NCBI RefSeq assembly: GCF_964194155.1
Contig: NW_027596233.1
Location: 248,001 to 312,000 of the forward strand
Length of the DNA stretch: 64,000 nt
From: Cetorhinus maximus
Lineage: Eukaryota
Direction: 5' to 3'
Every line of letters begins with the position of its first letter. Positions within the stretch are counted from its first letter, which is position 1. Below are positions 50,401 to 63,294 of the stretch, piece by piece. Under the pieces are notes generated by a model. The model was not told the DNA's origin. It did not search any database and saw only the letters and a list, made by a program, of their open reading frames with translations. The translations under genes were made by a program, and so were the position numbers.

Positions 50401-51510
50401 AGAGATCACACAGAAAACATGGCCCACACTTCACACAGAGCCCACACTGAACATAGGACCCACACTGAACTCAGGCCCACACTGAACACAGAATCCACAC
50501 TGAATACAGAGCCCAAGCTGAACCCAGGACCCAAACTAAACACAGAACTCTCACCGAACTCAGGGCCCACACTAAACAGAGGGCGCAATCGGAACACCGG
50601 GACCATTTTGAACACAGTGCCCAGATTGAACACCGGGCCCACTCTGAAGGCAAGGCGTTCTCTGAACACAGGGCCCAATGTGAACACAGAGCCCTCTCTG
50701 AATACAGGGCCCACACTGACTCCAGGGCCCACAGTGAACACTGACAACACAGTGAACACAGAGTCCACTATGAAAACACAGCCCACAGTGAACCCAGTGC
50801 CAACACTGAACACAGAGACCCAACTGCACACAGAGTTTACACTAAACATAGAGCCCACTCTGAACACGGGGCCAACTCTGAACATAGGGTTCGCTCTGAA
50901 CACAGGGACTACAATGAACACAGATCCCACACAGAACACAGGGCCAACACTGAACGCAGAGCCCACACTGAACACAGTGCGAACGCTGAACGCAGAGCCC
51001 ACTCTGAATGCAGGTGCCGGTCTGAACACAGAGCTCACACTGAACGTAGAGTCCACACTGACCACACAACACACACAGAACAGAGGACCCACAATGAACA
51101 CAGAGCCCACACTGAACACGCAGCCAGCACTGAATGCATAGCCTACAGTAAACAAAGAGCCCAAAGCTGAACACAGAGCTGACACTGAACACATGGCTAA
51201 CTGACCACAGAGCCCACACTGAACACAGAGCCCACACTGAAAACAGTGCCCACAATGTACACAGAGCCTACACTGGACAGAGCGCCCACACTGAACACTG
51301 TGACCACACTGAGCACACAGCCCACATTGAACACAGAGTCCGCACTGAACACAGAGACCCACTGAACAATGGGCCCACACAGAACAAAGGATCCACACTG
51401 AACACAGAGCCCGCTCTGAACTTAGAGCTCACGCTGAAAACAGAGCCCAAACTGAACACAGGGCCGACACTGAACACAGAGCCCACGCTGAACACGGAGC
51501 CCACGCTGAA
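47500..51510. repeat. 18-bp minisatellite, ~4 kb (consensus ACTGAACACAGAGCCCAC)
   Basis: Directly visible. Homogeneous core ~48140-49020 with increasingly diverged flanks. Confidence 0.97.
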
Positions 51511-51889
51511 CTATACAAACTGGAACAAGGGGACAGAGAGCTGTTTGTAATGTAAGAACAGGAGAAGGTCATACTTTCCCTTAGCCTTGTTCCAGGGTTC
51601 AGGCTGCCGACCGCTGCCTTCACGTGTATTATTGCAACAGTGAAACAGCTTTCACCCAGAACATGTAATAAACTTACACAACAGAAACCCATCAATCTAT
51701 GTCTTGACTTTCCTAATTGACACACCAAACAGCTTTCCACTGTTTAGTGTGTGATTCGTTGATTCCGGACTTTAACCCTAAATGGACCAAATCTAATTTG
51801 AAGCATGTTTCCGTCGGGAGTAGGTCACTCAGTGATCTCAATAGAAGGGCAACCGATTATGCCTCCATGTTACGATCGCTGCTTCAGTA

Positions 51890-52230
51890 TATTCAGCCGA
51901 CAGTAGAGAACTCCCTCAGTACATACCACCCGACAGTCCAGGAGTAATTCTGGACTTACTCTCTGACAGTGCACCACTCCCACAGCACTGATCCTCTCAC
52001 AGTCCGGCACTCACCCATTACTGTCCACTGACAGTGCCGCGCCCCCTCAGTAGTGACCACCCCAACAGTGCAGCACTCGCTCAGTACTGACCCTCCGACA
52101 TTGCGGCACCTCCTCAGTGCCGATCCTCAGACATTGCGGCGCTCCCTCGTTATTAAACCTCAGGCATTGCACAACCTCCTCAGCAATCACGAACTCACAG
52201 TGAAGTGCTCCCTCAGTACTGACCAATACT
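51890..52230. repeat. 33-bp satellite (CCGACAGTGCGGCACTCCCTCAGTACTGACCCT), array 1
   Basis: Directly visible. Same unit as 59290-60105 and 63295-64000. Confidence 0.85.
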
Positions 52231-52564
52231 GAGGCTAGTAAGCCATTCTGGAAAACCCATGGGGTCATATTAATTGAATTTCTCCTCTATTTGCACACTG
52301 GCTGGCCATCTCTCTCACCAATTTATAAACTGCATTCGTTATCTATTTGCACACGGCATTGTTCTCTATTCCCCTGTATTTATTTAATTGCATTCAACCT
52401 GTATTTGGACAATAGGTTGCTCTCTCTGTGATTAATTACTTACATTCGCTCTCTATTTTCACACTGGATTGCTCTCTCACTAATTTCTAAGTTATACGTC
52501 TACCCCATTTGCCCAGTGGTCTGCGTAGTCTCTCTTCCCAATTTATCCACTGCATTCTTCATTT

Positions 52565-55290
52565 GGGTAGAATTTAAACTAAATTGGCAGGGCGATGGGA
52601 TCATGAAAGAAGGTTCAGCAGGGGGAGATGCACAACAAAAATTAGAAGAGAGGGCAAGTGAGTTTGAAAGGCATATAAATTATGGGGCAGTTAAAGCACA
52701 AGGGAGATTGGCAGGGTTGGATGGTATTTATTTCAATGCATGGAGACTGACGAATTAGGCACACAAGTCGAGGGCACAAATAAACACATGGAATTATGAA
52801 GTATTTGCTGTCACAGAGACATGGTTGAGAGAGGGGCAGCATTAGCAGCTCAATGTTCCATGATATCGGGACTTCAGGCGAGACAGAGAAGGAGTTAAAT
52901 GAGGAGGGATTTTCGCAATATTGAACAAGGAATGAATTACAGCAGTAAGGATTGATGACACCTTTGAAGACTCCTCAAGAGAAGCCATATAGGTATAACT
53001 GAATAACAAAAAAGGAGAAATAACATTGTTGGGAGTGTCCTTTATGCCGCCAAATAGCCAGAGAGAAGAGCAGATGTTTAGGTACATTTCAGAGAACTGT
53101 AAAAATAATAGGGCACTACTTTTAAGGGATTTAAAATTTCCCAACATTAGCTGGTTTGATCATATTGTGATACGATTATAGTTAGTAGAATTCTTCAAAT
53201 GCTTCCAAGAGAAATTTTTAAGCCAGCATGTAGAGGGTCCTACAAGAGAAGGAGCGTTCCTGGACATAATATTAGGGAATGAAGCAAATCAATTAACAGA
53301 GGTATCAGTGGGGAACATTTAGCAAATAGTAACCATAACTACGTTAGATTCAAGGTTGTTATGGAAAAGGACAAGGTCAGGAATCAGAGTTCGAACTTGG
53401 GGGATGGCCGATTTTAATACGGTCAGATATGATTTGGCCAGCTTGATTTGGGAGCAGCTACTTTCAGGTAAATCTGCGTCAGAGCAGTGGGGCTCATTCA
53501 ATAGGGAAATAGGGAGAGTGCAGGGCAAACATATTCCAAGAAAGACAAAGAGTTGAACCAACAAATCCAGGGAAACCTCTACGTCAAGGGATATACTGGA
53601 TTGGATAATGAGATAAGGGAAGGCTTATCGCAGCTACAAAGGGCTCAAAGCAGCGGAAGCCCTAGAGGAGAATAGGGTATGTAGAGGGGGCACTTAAAAA
53701 GGAAATTAGGATAGCATAAAGGGGGCCTGAGAAAACATTGGCTGGAAAAATAAAGGAAAATAGAAAGTTATTTTAAAATTACATTAAGTGTAAGACGATA
53801 ACGAGGGAAAGAATCGGGCCCATTAAGAATCATAGAGTTAATTTGTGTGTGGAGCCGGAAGACGTAAGTCGGGTTTTAAGTGAGTACTTTGTGTCGGTGT
53901 CCACAAGTGAGAGGATCGACATGGGTGCGGAAATCAAGCAGAAGTCCTGTGATATAATTAATGAAATTAGCATTGAAATGAAGTAGGTTCAAAGTGGCCT
54001 GGCAGGCTTCTAGTAGATAAATCTCCACGCTCGGATGAAATGTATCCCAGCCTGTTGCGTGAGGCAACTGAGGAGTTGGGAGGGGCGCTGGCAATCAATT
54101 TCAATACGCCTCTGGCCACAGGAAAGTTACCAAAGTACTGGAGTGCAGAAAATGTGGTACCGTTATTCAAGAAGGGAGGGGGGAATAAAGCAGGTAAATA
54201 CAGACCAACCTGTCTAACCTCAGTGGTGGGGAAACCATTGGAAGCAATTCTGATGGACAGAATTAATCTACGCTTGGACAGGCAGGGATTAATCAGGGAG
54301 AGTCAACATGGAATTGTTAAGGAGAGATCATGTCTGATCATTTTGATTGATTTTTTTCGAAAGTTTGACCTAGTTTATAGAGGATAATACACTTGATGTA
54401 GCCTACTTGTACTTCAGCAAGACTTTTGATAAGGTCCCGCATGGGTGACTGTGAACAAAGGTAAGAGTCCATGGGATCCAAGACTATTTGGCAAATTGGA
54501 TCCACAATTTGCTGAGTGGCAGGAAGCAGAGGTTGACGGTCGAGGGGTGGTTTTGTGACAGGATGCCTGCGTACAGTGGTGTCCACAGGAATCGATGTTG
54601 AGCCCCTTGCTGTTTGTTGTATATATAAACGATTTAGACTTGAATGTCGTGGGGTGATCAGTATGCTTGCATATTACACGAGAATTGGTGGGGTGGTAAA
54701 CATTTGGAAGGATAGACTCAGATTACAGTAAGATGTAGACTGGATGTTCAGATGGCTAATGGAATTTAATCCAAATAAGTGTGAGATGAGACACTTGTGC
54801 AGGGCATACAAGGCCCGGGAACACACGATGAATGGTGGGACCCTTGGAAGCACTAAGGATCAGACCGATCTTGGTGTTCATGTTCCACCGCCCCCTTAAG
54901 GTAGTGGGAAAGGGAGACAAGGTGGTTAAGAAGGCAATGATTGAGGTGTATAATATTGTCAGAGGCATAGATAGTGTAGACAGGAAGGAACTGTTCTCCT
55001 CGGTGGAGGGATCAATAACCAGGGTGAATAGATTTAACGTAAGGGGCAGAAGGTTTAGAGGGGATGTAAAGAAGATTTTTATCACCCAGAGAGTGGTGGA
55101 AATCTGGAACTCAAAGCCTGAAATGGTGGAAGAGTCAGAAACCCTCAGAACATTTAAGAAGTGTTTGGATGTGCACTTGCAATGCCAGTGCTGGAAAATG
55201 GGATTAGCATACTTAGGTAATAGTTTGACCGGCACAGGCTCGATGGACCGAATGGCCTTTTTCCGTGCTGAAGACCTCTGTGACTCTATG
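52565..55290 (+). mobile_element. CR1 LINE spanning nearly all of ORF2, with stops and frameshifts, inserted in the CT-rich array
   Basis: IYFNAWRL.., AVTETWLREG, VVPLFKKGG..KYRPTCLTSVVGK, SQHG, FSKTFDKVPH, TQRVVEIWNS, tail ctctgtgactctatgactc. Internal deletion near 54940 joins VVKKA to MIEVY. Confidence 0.95.
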
Positions 55291-55329
55291 ACTCCCCTCT
55301 CCGTTAATATGCTTGCTCTCGACCCCTCT

Positions 55330-56770
55330 CCCATTCATTTATGAACTGAACTCCTCATGCATTTGCAGACTGGGTTGCTCCCTCTCTCTCATACATGAAT
55401 TACAGTCCTCCTCTCTTTGCACACTAGGCTTCTCTATTACTCTAAATTATTAGTTAGATCCCTCCTCTATTTTCGCAGAGAGTTGCTCTCTTTCTCTAAT
55501 TCATTAATTTCATTCATCCTCTGTTTGGGCTCTGGGTTGCTACATATCGTTCATTAATTACATTGCTCCTCTAAGAGCAAAATGGGTTGCTGTCTCTCTA
55601 ATGTATAAAATGCATTCCTCTGTTTGCACAATGGGTTGCTCTCTCTCTCTCTCTCTCTCTCTAAATTATTAATTACATTCCTTCTCTATTGGCACACTGG
55701 GTTGTCCTATCTGTCTTTAAACGATTACATTCATCCTCTATTTGCAGACGGGGCTCACTATCTAATTGATTAATTACGTTCCTCCTCTATTTGCACGCTG
55801 GTTTTCTCTGTATCCCCCTCTCTAATTGACTAATTATATTCGTGTTATATTTGCGCACTGGGTTGCTCTCTCTCTATATATATTTTTAAAATGCATTACT
55901 GCATTATTTGCACACAGGGTTGCTCTCTCTTTCTCCATAATTCTTTAATTTCATTCCTTCTCTTTTTCCATACGGGATTTCTCTCTCTCTCTCTAACGTA
56001 TTAATTACATTTCTCCTCTATTTCCACACTGGGTTGCTTTCTCTCTCTCTCTCATTTATTAAAGACATTCCGCCTCGATCTGCACACTGGGTTGCTCTTT
56101 CTTTCTCTCTCTCTATCTCTCTCTAACTAATTACAGTCCTCCTCTAAGTGCACTGTGTTGCTCTCTCCCACTCTAAATTGGTAATCACGCTCCTCATCTA
56201 TTTGCACACTGGGTTAGCCTGTCTCCAATTCATTAGTTTCATTCCTCTTCCACTTTCGCACTGGGATGCTCTCTCTCTCTCTCTCTCTCTAATTTAGTTA
56301 TTGCATTCCTCCTCTATTTGCACACTGGGTTTATCTATCTCTTTTTCTCTCGCTCTCTCTCTTTCTCTCTCTCGCTCTCTCTCTCTAATTAAACAATTAC
56401 TTACCCCCTCTATTTTCACACTGGGTTCTCTAACTGATTAATTACATTCCTCCTCAATTTGCACATTGTGGTGCTCTGTCTCTCTAATTGATTAATTACA
56501 GTCCTCCTCTATTTGCACTCTGCGTTGCCCTCTCTCTCTCCCTTTAATATGTTCATTACATTCTTGATTTTCACACCGGGTTACTCTCTCTTTCACTCTC
56601 TCATTTGTTAATTTTATTCTTCCTCTATTTGCACACTGGGTTGCTTCTCTCTCTCTAATTTATTCATTACATTCCCCCTATATTTGTGCACTGGGTTGCT
56701 GTCTCTCGCTCCCTCTCTTCTACATTTATATTCCTCATTGCTTTGATCAATGGCTTTTTCTCTCTGCAAT
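55330..56770. repeat. ~50-60-bp CT-rich tandem repeat ((CT)n-AATTTATTAATTACATTCCTCCTCTATTTGCACACTGGGTTG); array begins at ~52270 before the CR1 insert
   Basis: Directly visible. Unit length varies with the embedded (CT)n tract. Confidence 0.9.
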
Positions 56771-57164
56771 TTATTAATTCTGTGATTTAAAAACCATATG
56801 CCACTTAAACATGCCCTTGGCTTTTATTAACAGTATTAGTAAAAAAAAAGATTAAAGTACTTAAATCTGTACTTAGAATATAAAATAACATTTATATAAT
56901 CACTTTCAGTTAATCTAACCTTACATTTGCAACATTTTAATGGCCGAATCTTGAATAAATAACGAATCACTTTCATTGAATTAATCAACTTTAAGCTCGA
57001 AAAAATGACCATGGGTTAATCTCTAATAATCAGTAAAAGTGGCGTTCGGAATGAGCAGATGAGTGCCGGGGAGACCACGGCCTCACAGGGCGAAACCGAG
57101 ACAAGTACAAAGACCAGTGAAAGGACATGAGGCCAGGGCAAGCCAGTGGGGAGGGCTGGCAACT

Positions 57165-57830
57165 CGAGGGAGCTTCACTCTCTATCTAACACCATGTTTT
57201 ACATGTCCTTGGAGTGTTGGATGGGGACAGTGCAAAAGGAGCTTTACTCTGTATCTAAACCCGTGCTGTACCTGTCCTTGGAGTGTTTGTTGGGGACAGT
57301 GCAGAGGGAGATTTACTCGATGTCGAACCCCGGGCTTTACCTGTCTTGGGAGTGTTTGATGGGGATAATGTCGCGGGACCTTTTGTCTTTATCTCACCCC
57401 CGTGATGTACCTGTCCTGGAATTGTTTGATGGGGAGAGTGTAGAGGCAGTTTTATTCTCTATCTAACTCCCGTGCTGTAACAGTCCTGGGAGTTATTGAT
57501 GGGGCCAGTGTAGAGGGAGATTTACTCTGTATCTAACTCACGTGCTGTACCTGTCTTGGGAATGTTTGATTTGGACAGTGTAGAGAGAGATTTACTCTGT
57601 ATCTAACCCCGTGCTGTACCTGTCCTGGGAGTGTTTGCTGGGTGCAGTGCAGAGGGAGATTTACTCTGTATCTAAGCACTTGCTGTACCTGTCCTGGGAA
57701 TATTTGATGGGGACAGTGTAGAGGGAGATTTAATCTGCATCTAACCCTCATGCAGCAGCTGTCCTGGGATTGTTTGATGGTGACATTTTAGAGAGATCTC
57801 TATGTTGTATCTAGCTTCGTGCTATAACTG
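57165..57830. repeat. 69-70-bp satellite (GGGAGATTTACTCTGTATCTAACCCCGTGCTGTACCTGTCCTGGGAGTGTTTGATGGGGACAGTGTAGA), array 1
   Basis: Landmark tttactc at 57521, 57591 and 57660. Confidence 0.92.
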
Positions 57831-59289
57831 TCCTGTTTGTCCACAGACTGAATTTAAATTAAAATACTCAAACTTCAGGAAACAATTTGAAGTCAAACTC
57901 TGTGGATTAGTAGCCATTTGACGGACTGATTTTAAATCTCACTCACACTCCCCCATTTGTCCATTGCCTGGCCCCCAGTAATCTTCATCAATTCACATTC
58001 TCACCAAATTTACAATCTTTATTAATGAATTAATGAGGGGACGGAGTGTTCTGTGCCCAAGCTTGGTCACATCACCAAGCTGGATAGCAAATTGACCTCA
58101 CATTCGGCTGTCCCTCGATTCGAGAATGACGTCTACTCGGGGTTGTCACTTCCTGCCCTGGGTATTCATGTGGATGATTCTCGAGCGTGATGCAGAAAGA
58201 TGGACACGTTGTCACCATTTTGACTGATTGGTGGTGAGCTCCTTCAGATCATTAACACCAATGTGTTAACGTTTCAAGTGTGAGCCTGACAGCAATACTT
58301 TGAAAAATACACTTTTCTTTTTGTCTCCCCTTATTAGATATTTCATAGATTAGAAATAAATCTGCAAGTTGGTTGATGAATCTTTGATTGTCTTATAAGG
58401 GCATTGTATTTTGATTGTGCTTCTGTTCAATAAACGACAGTATTATTCGTTAATTCAGTATGTGAGACTCTGCCTGATGGTTCTGTCTCTGTTGTGCTAA
58501 GTCATTTTGAAGGTTTAATTCAGGTTCCAGTGATCAGACTGCTAAATTAATTGAAATCTAATTGATCAAAACAAACGGCCCCTTTCAATTGTACAGGGTG
58601 AAATTAACCTCCTCCTACCCCTATTGCCAATGTTCTTGTTCAGTGAGATAACTCCAGGGTGCTGGGTAGTTTTTCAGCTCACCCTCCGCCCAGACTATGG
58701 GGGTATTGTCAATACTGAGATAGCCTGATGGAGAGATGCTCTATGCCGAGCAGATTTGAATCTGCACACCGTGTTTCAGGAACAAGAAAATGTCAGCCTA
58801 TATATATTTGTGGCGTTATTGTGTTTGGCAGCAATTGTTTACAACAGAGGTGGATATAAGATCACTCAGATACCACACATCCAGAAACATGTATAAACAG
58901 GAGCAAGGGAACAGAGAGCTGTTTCAAATATGAGAACAGGAGAAGGTAAAACATTCCCTTAGCCTTGTTCCAAGTTTCAGTGAGTCTACAGACCATCTGT
59001 GTTATTACAGCAGTGACCCAGCTGGCACACAGAACCTTTAATATCCTTCTGTAACACAGATCCTTCAATTTATTTCTTGACTTTCGGAATTGAAACATCA
59101 AACAACGTCCTAAAGCTTGTGTCTTTCTGTCTGCTTTCACACATTAACCCTCAATGGCTCAAATCAAATTTTAAGCTTATGTCTCTACGGAGCAGACAAT
59201 TCCGTCATCCCAATATATGGCCAACAGGTTATTTCTGCATGTAAGAATTACTGCCAAAGCAGATCCCCCTTTGTGCGGGGCTCCCTCAC

Positions 59290-60105
59290 TGCTGCCACTC
59301 CGACAGTGCAGCACTCCCACTGCACTGGCTCTCTTAATTCTTCAAATTAGATACTCCGACATTGCGGCGCACCCTTAGTCCTGACTATCCAGCAGTGTGG
59401 CGCTCCTTGAGTGCTGTTACTCGGACAGTGCAGCACTCCCTCTCTACTGAATCTCTGAAAGCGCGGTACGCCCTGAATACTGACCCTCGGACAGGGCGAC
59501 ACTCCCTCAGTAATGACCCACCGACAGTGAGTCAATCCATCAGCACTAAGCCTCCGACAGTGCGGTACCCTCTCCATACAGAACATCGAACAGTGTGGAA
59601 CTTCCTTAGCATATCCCATCTGACATTAATGCACTTCGCCAGCACTGACCCATCGGCTGTGCGGCACTTCCTCTGTACTGGCCCTCTGACAGTGCGCCGC
59701 TCCCTAGAAACTGACCCTCCAACTGCGTGATGCACCCTAATTATTCATTCTCTGTCAGTGCCACGCTCCCTCAGTGCTGGCCGTCCGCCAAGGCTGCACT
59801 CGCTCAGTACTGATACTCCGAATTTGCGACACTCCTGCAGGTCCTACCATGCAAAAGTGCAGTAATCCCCCAGTACTGATCCTCCGCTAGTTTGTTGCTC
59901 CCCAGTACTGACCATCTGACAGCGTGGCACATTCTCATAAATGAAATTCTGACTGTGTGGCATTCCCACAGAACTGACCCTCCGACAGAGCGACACTTCC
60001 TCATTACTGACCATCAGACAGCAGTGTGCATCCTCAGTGCTAACCCTTCGTCAGTGCAGCGCTCAGTCTGTACTTAATCTCCGACAGTGAGGTGCTCCCT
60101 CAGTA
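59290..60105. repeat. 33-bp satellite, array 2
   Basis: Directly visible. Confidence 0.9.
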
Positions 60106-60960
60106 GTGGACCTGGGATGCTCTCTCTCTCTCCATAGTTCTTTAATTTCATTCCCCCTGTTTTTACATAATGGATTTCTCTCTCTCTCTCTCTCCCTCTC
60201 TCTCTCTCTCTGTCTCTCTCTCTCTCACTCTTTCTCTCTCTCTCTCTCTCTATCTCACTCTTACTTTTTACACTCCTCTACTATGTGCACTTTGGGTTGC
60301 TCTCTCTCTCTCTCTCTCTCGCTCTCTCTCTCCCTCATGTATTCATTACATTTCTCATCTATGTGCACACTGTGTTGCTCTCTCCATTTCTAATTTGGTA
60401 ATCATGCTCCTCCTCTATTTGCACACTGGGTTACCCTACCTCCAATTAATTAGTTTAATTCGTCATCCACTTTCGCACTGGCTGCCCTCTTTCTCTCTCT
60501 GTCTCTAGTTAAGTTATTGCATTTCTCCTCTATTTGCACACTGGGTTTCTCTCTCTCTCCCTCTCTAATTAATCAATTAAATTTTTCCTTTATTTGCAGA
60601 CTGGATTCCTCTCTGTCTCTCGTTCTCTAACTGATTAATTACATTCCTCCAGTTTGCTGCTCTGTCTCTCTTATTTATTTATTACATTCCTCCTCTATTG
60701 GCACTCTGTATTGCTCTTGCTTTAATTTGTTCATTACATTCCTCGATTTGCAAACTGGGTTACTCTCTCTCTCAGTCTCTCAATTATTAATTGTATACCT
60801 CCTCTATTTGCACATTGGGTTGCTCTTTCGCCCTCTCTAATTTATTAATTACTTTCCCCCTTTATTTGCACACTGAGTTGTTGTCTCTCGCTCTCGCTCT
60901 TATACATTTATATTCCTCATTGCTTTGCTCACTGGCTTTCTCTCTCTGCAAATTATTAAT
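60105..60960. repeat. CT-rich ~50-60-bp tandem repeat, array 2
   Basis: Same unit as 55330-56770, with a colinear terminal portion. Confidence 0.9.
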
Positions 60961-61369
60961 TATGTGATTTAAAAATCATATGCCACTTAAACATGCCCTT
61001 GGATGTTAGTAACAATATTTAGTAAAATAAAGTTTAACGTCCTTAAATTTGTATTAAGAATATCAAATAGCATTTAAATAATCACATTCAGTTCATCTAA
61101 CCTGACATTTTCAACATTCTAATGACCGAATATTCCATAAATAATGTATCATTTTCATTGAATTATTCAACTTTAAACTGTAAACAATAAACGTGAGTGA
61201 ATCTCTAATAATCAGTAAACATTGGCGTTCTGAATGGGATGATGAGCAGATGAGTGGCGGGGAGACCACGGCCTCATCGGGCGAAACCGAGAGAAGTATG
61301 ATCACCAGTGAAAGGACATAAGGCCAGGGAGGGCAAGCGGGGAGGGCAAGCGGGGAGGGCAAGCTACTC

Positions 61370-61830
61370 GAGTGGCTTCACTCTGTATCTAAACCCAGGT
61401 TGTACCTATCCTGGTAGTGTTTGATGGGGACAGAGCTGAGGGAGGTTTACTCTATATCTAATCACGTGTTGTACCTGTCCTGGGAGTGTTTGATGGGGAC
61501 AGAGCTGAGGGAGGTTTACTCTGTATCTAATCCCGTGTTGTACCTGTCCTGGGAGTGCTTGATGGGCAGAGTGTAGAGGGAGCTTTACTCTGCATCTTAC
61601 CCCGTGTTTGTACGGGTCTTGTGATTCTTTGATGGGGACACTGTAGAGGGAGCTTTAGTCTCTATGTAACCGCCGTGCTGTACCTGTCCTGGGAGTGTTT
61701 GATGGGGGCAGTGTAGAGGGAGATTTAATCTGAATCCAACCCTCATGCTGCAGCTGTCCTGGGATTGTTTGATTGGTGATATTTTAGAGAGATCTTTAAT
61801 TTGTATCTTGCTTCGTGCTATAACTGCCCC
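61370..61830. repeat. 69-70-bp satellite, array 2
   Basis: Same unit as 57165-57830, fewer copies. Confidence 0.92.
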
Positions 61831-63294
61831 GTTTGTACACAGAATTAATTTAAATTAAAATTATCAAACCTCCGGGATGCAATTTCATCTCAAACTCTCT
61901 GGATTAGTAGCCATTTGACGTATTGATTTTAAATCTCACACACACACACCCCCCACCACTTGTCCTTCGCCTGGCCCCCAGTAATTTTCATCAATCCACA
62001 ATCTCACCAAATTTACAATCTATATTAATCAATTAACGAGGGGACGGAGTGTTCTGTGCCCAAGCTTGGTCGCATCACCAAGCCGGATAGCAAATTGACC
62101 TCACATTCGGCTGTCCCTCGATTCGAGAATGATGACTACTCGGGGTTGTCACTTCCTGCCCTGGGTATTCATCTGGATGAACAGGCCGATTCTCGAGCGT
62201 GACGCAGAATGATGGACACCTTGTCACCATTTTGACTGATTGGTACTGAGTTCCACCAGATCATTATCACCAATGTGTTAACGCTTCAAGTGTGAGTCTG
62301 GCAGCATTACTTTGAAAAATACACTATTCTTTTTGTCTCCTCTTATTAGATGTTTCATAGATTATAAATAATTCTGCAAGTTGGTCGATGAATCTTTGAA
62401 TGTTTTATAAGGGCATTGTAGTTTTATTTTGATTCTGTTCAATAAACGTCAGTATTATTCGTAAATTCAGTATCTCAGACTCTGCCTGATGGTTCTGTCT
62501 CTGTTGAGCTAAGTCATTTTGAAGGATTAGTTCAGGTTCCAGTAATCCTACTGCTAAGTTTATTGAAATCTAATTGATCAAAGCAAATTTAACTGTACAG
62601 GGTGAAATTAACCTCCTCCTGCCCCCATTTCTAATGTTCTTCTTCAGTGAGCTAACTCCAGGGTGCTGGGTAGTTTTCCAGCTCACCCTCCGCCAACATT
62701 ATGGGGGCATTGTCAATACTGAGGTAGCTTGATGGAGAGATGCTCTGTGCCGAGCAGATTTGAATCAGCACACCGTGTTTCAGGAACAAGAAAATGTCAG
62801 CCTAAATAGATTAATGACGTTAATGTGTTTGGCAAGCAATTGTATGCAACAGAGCCGCAGGTAAGATCACTCAGATACCACACACCCAGGAACATGTACA
62901 AACAAGAGCAAGGGAACAGAGAGCTGTTTCATACATGAGAACAGGAGAAGGTAAAACATTCCCTTAGCCTTGTTCCAAGACTCAGGGAGTCTACAGCACA
63001 TCTGTGTTATTACAACAGTGTCCCAGCTGGCACACAGAAACTTTAATATTCTTACATAACACAGACCCATTAATTTATGACTTGACTTTCGCAATTGAAA
63101 CATCAAACAACGTCCTACGGGCTTGTGTCTTTCTGTCTGCTTCCTGACATTAACCCTGAATGGCCTAAATCTAATTTTAAGCTTATGTCCCTACGGAGCA
63201 TACAATTCTGTGATCTCATGGCCAAAAGGTTATTTCTGCATGTTAGAATTGCTGCCAATACCGATCCCACTTAGTGCGGGGCTACCGCAGTTCT

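Noticed and set aside
47736-51504. Long ORFs of 250-474 aa (TLNTEP / VFSVGS / CVQSGL repeats) that look mucin-like or Cys-rich
   Set aside because: They arise because an 18-bp unit is stop-free in several frames on both strands. The frame shifts repeatedly along the array, and no signal peptide or flanking exons were found.
57056-57110. cagatga...gaaac resembling a hammerhead core in macro-repeat block A
   Set aside because: Core is CAGATGA rather than CTGATGA, and stems I-III cannot be formed convincingly.
55330-57830. Regularly spaced repeats superficially like a CRISPR array
   Set aside because: Vertebrate context, tandem units without unique spacers, and no cas genes.
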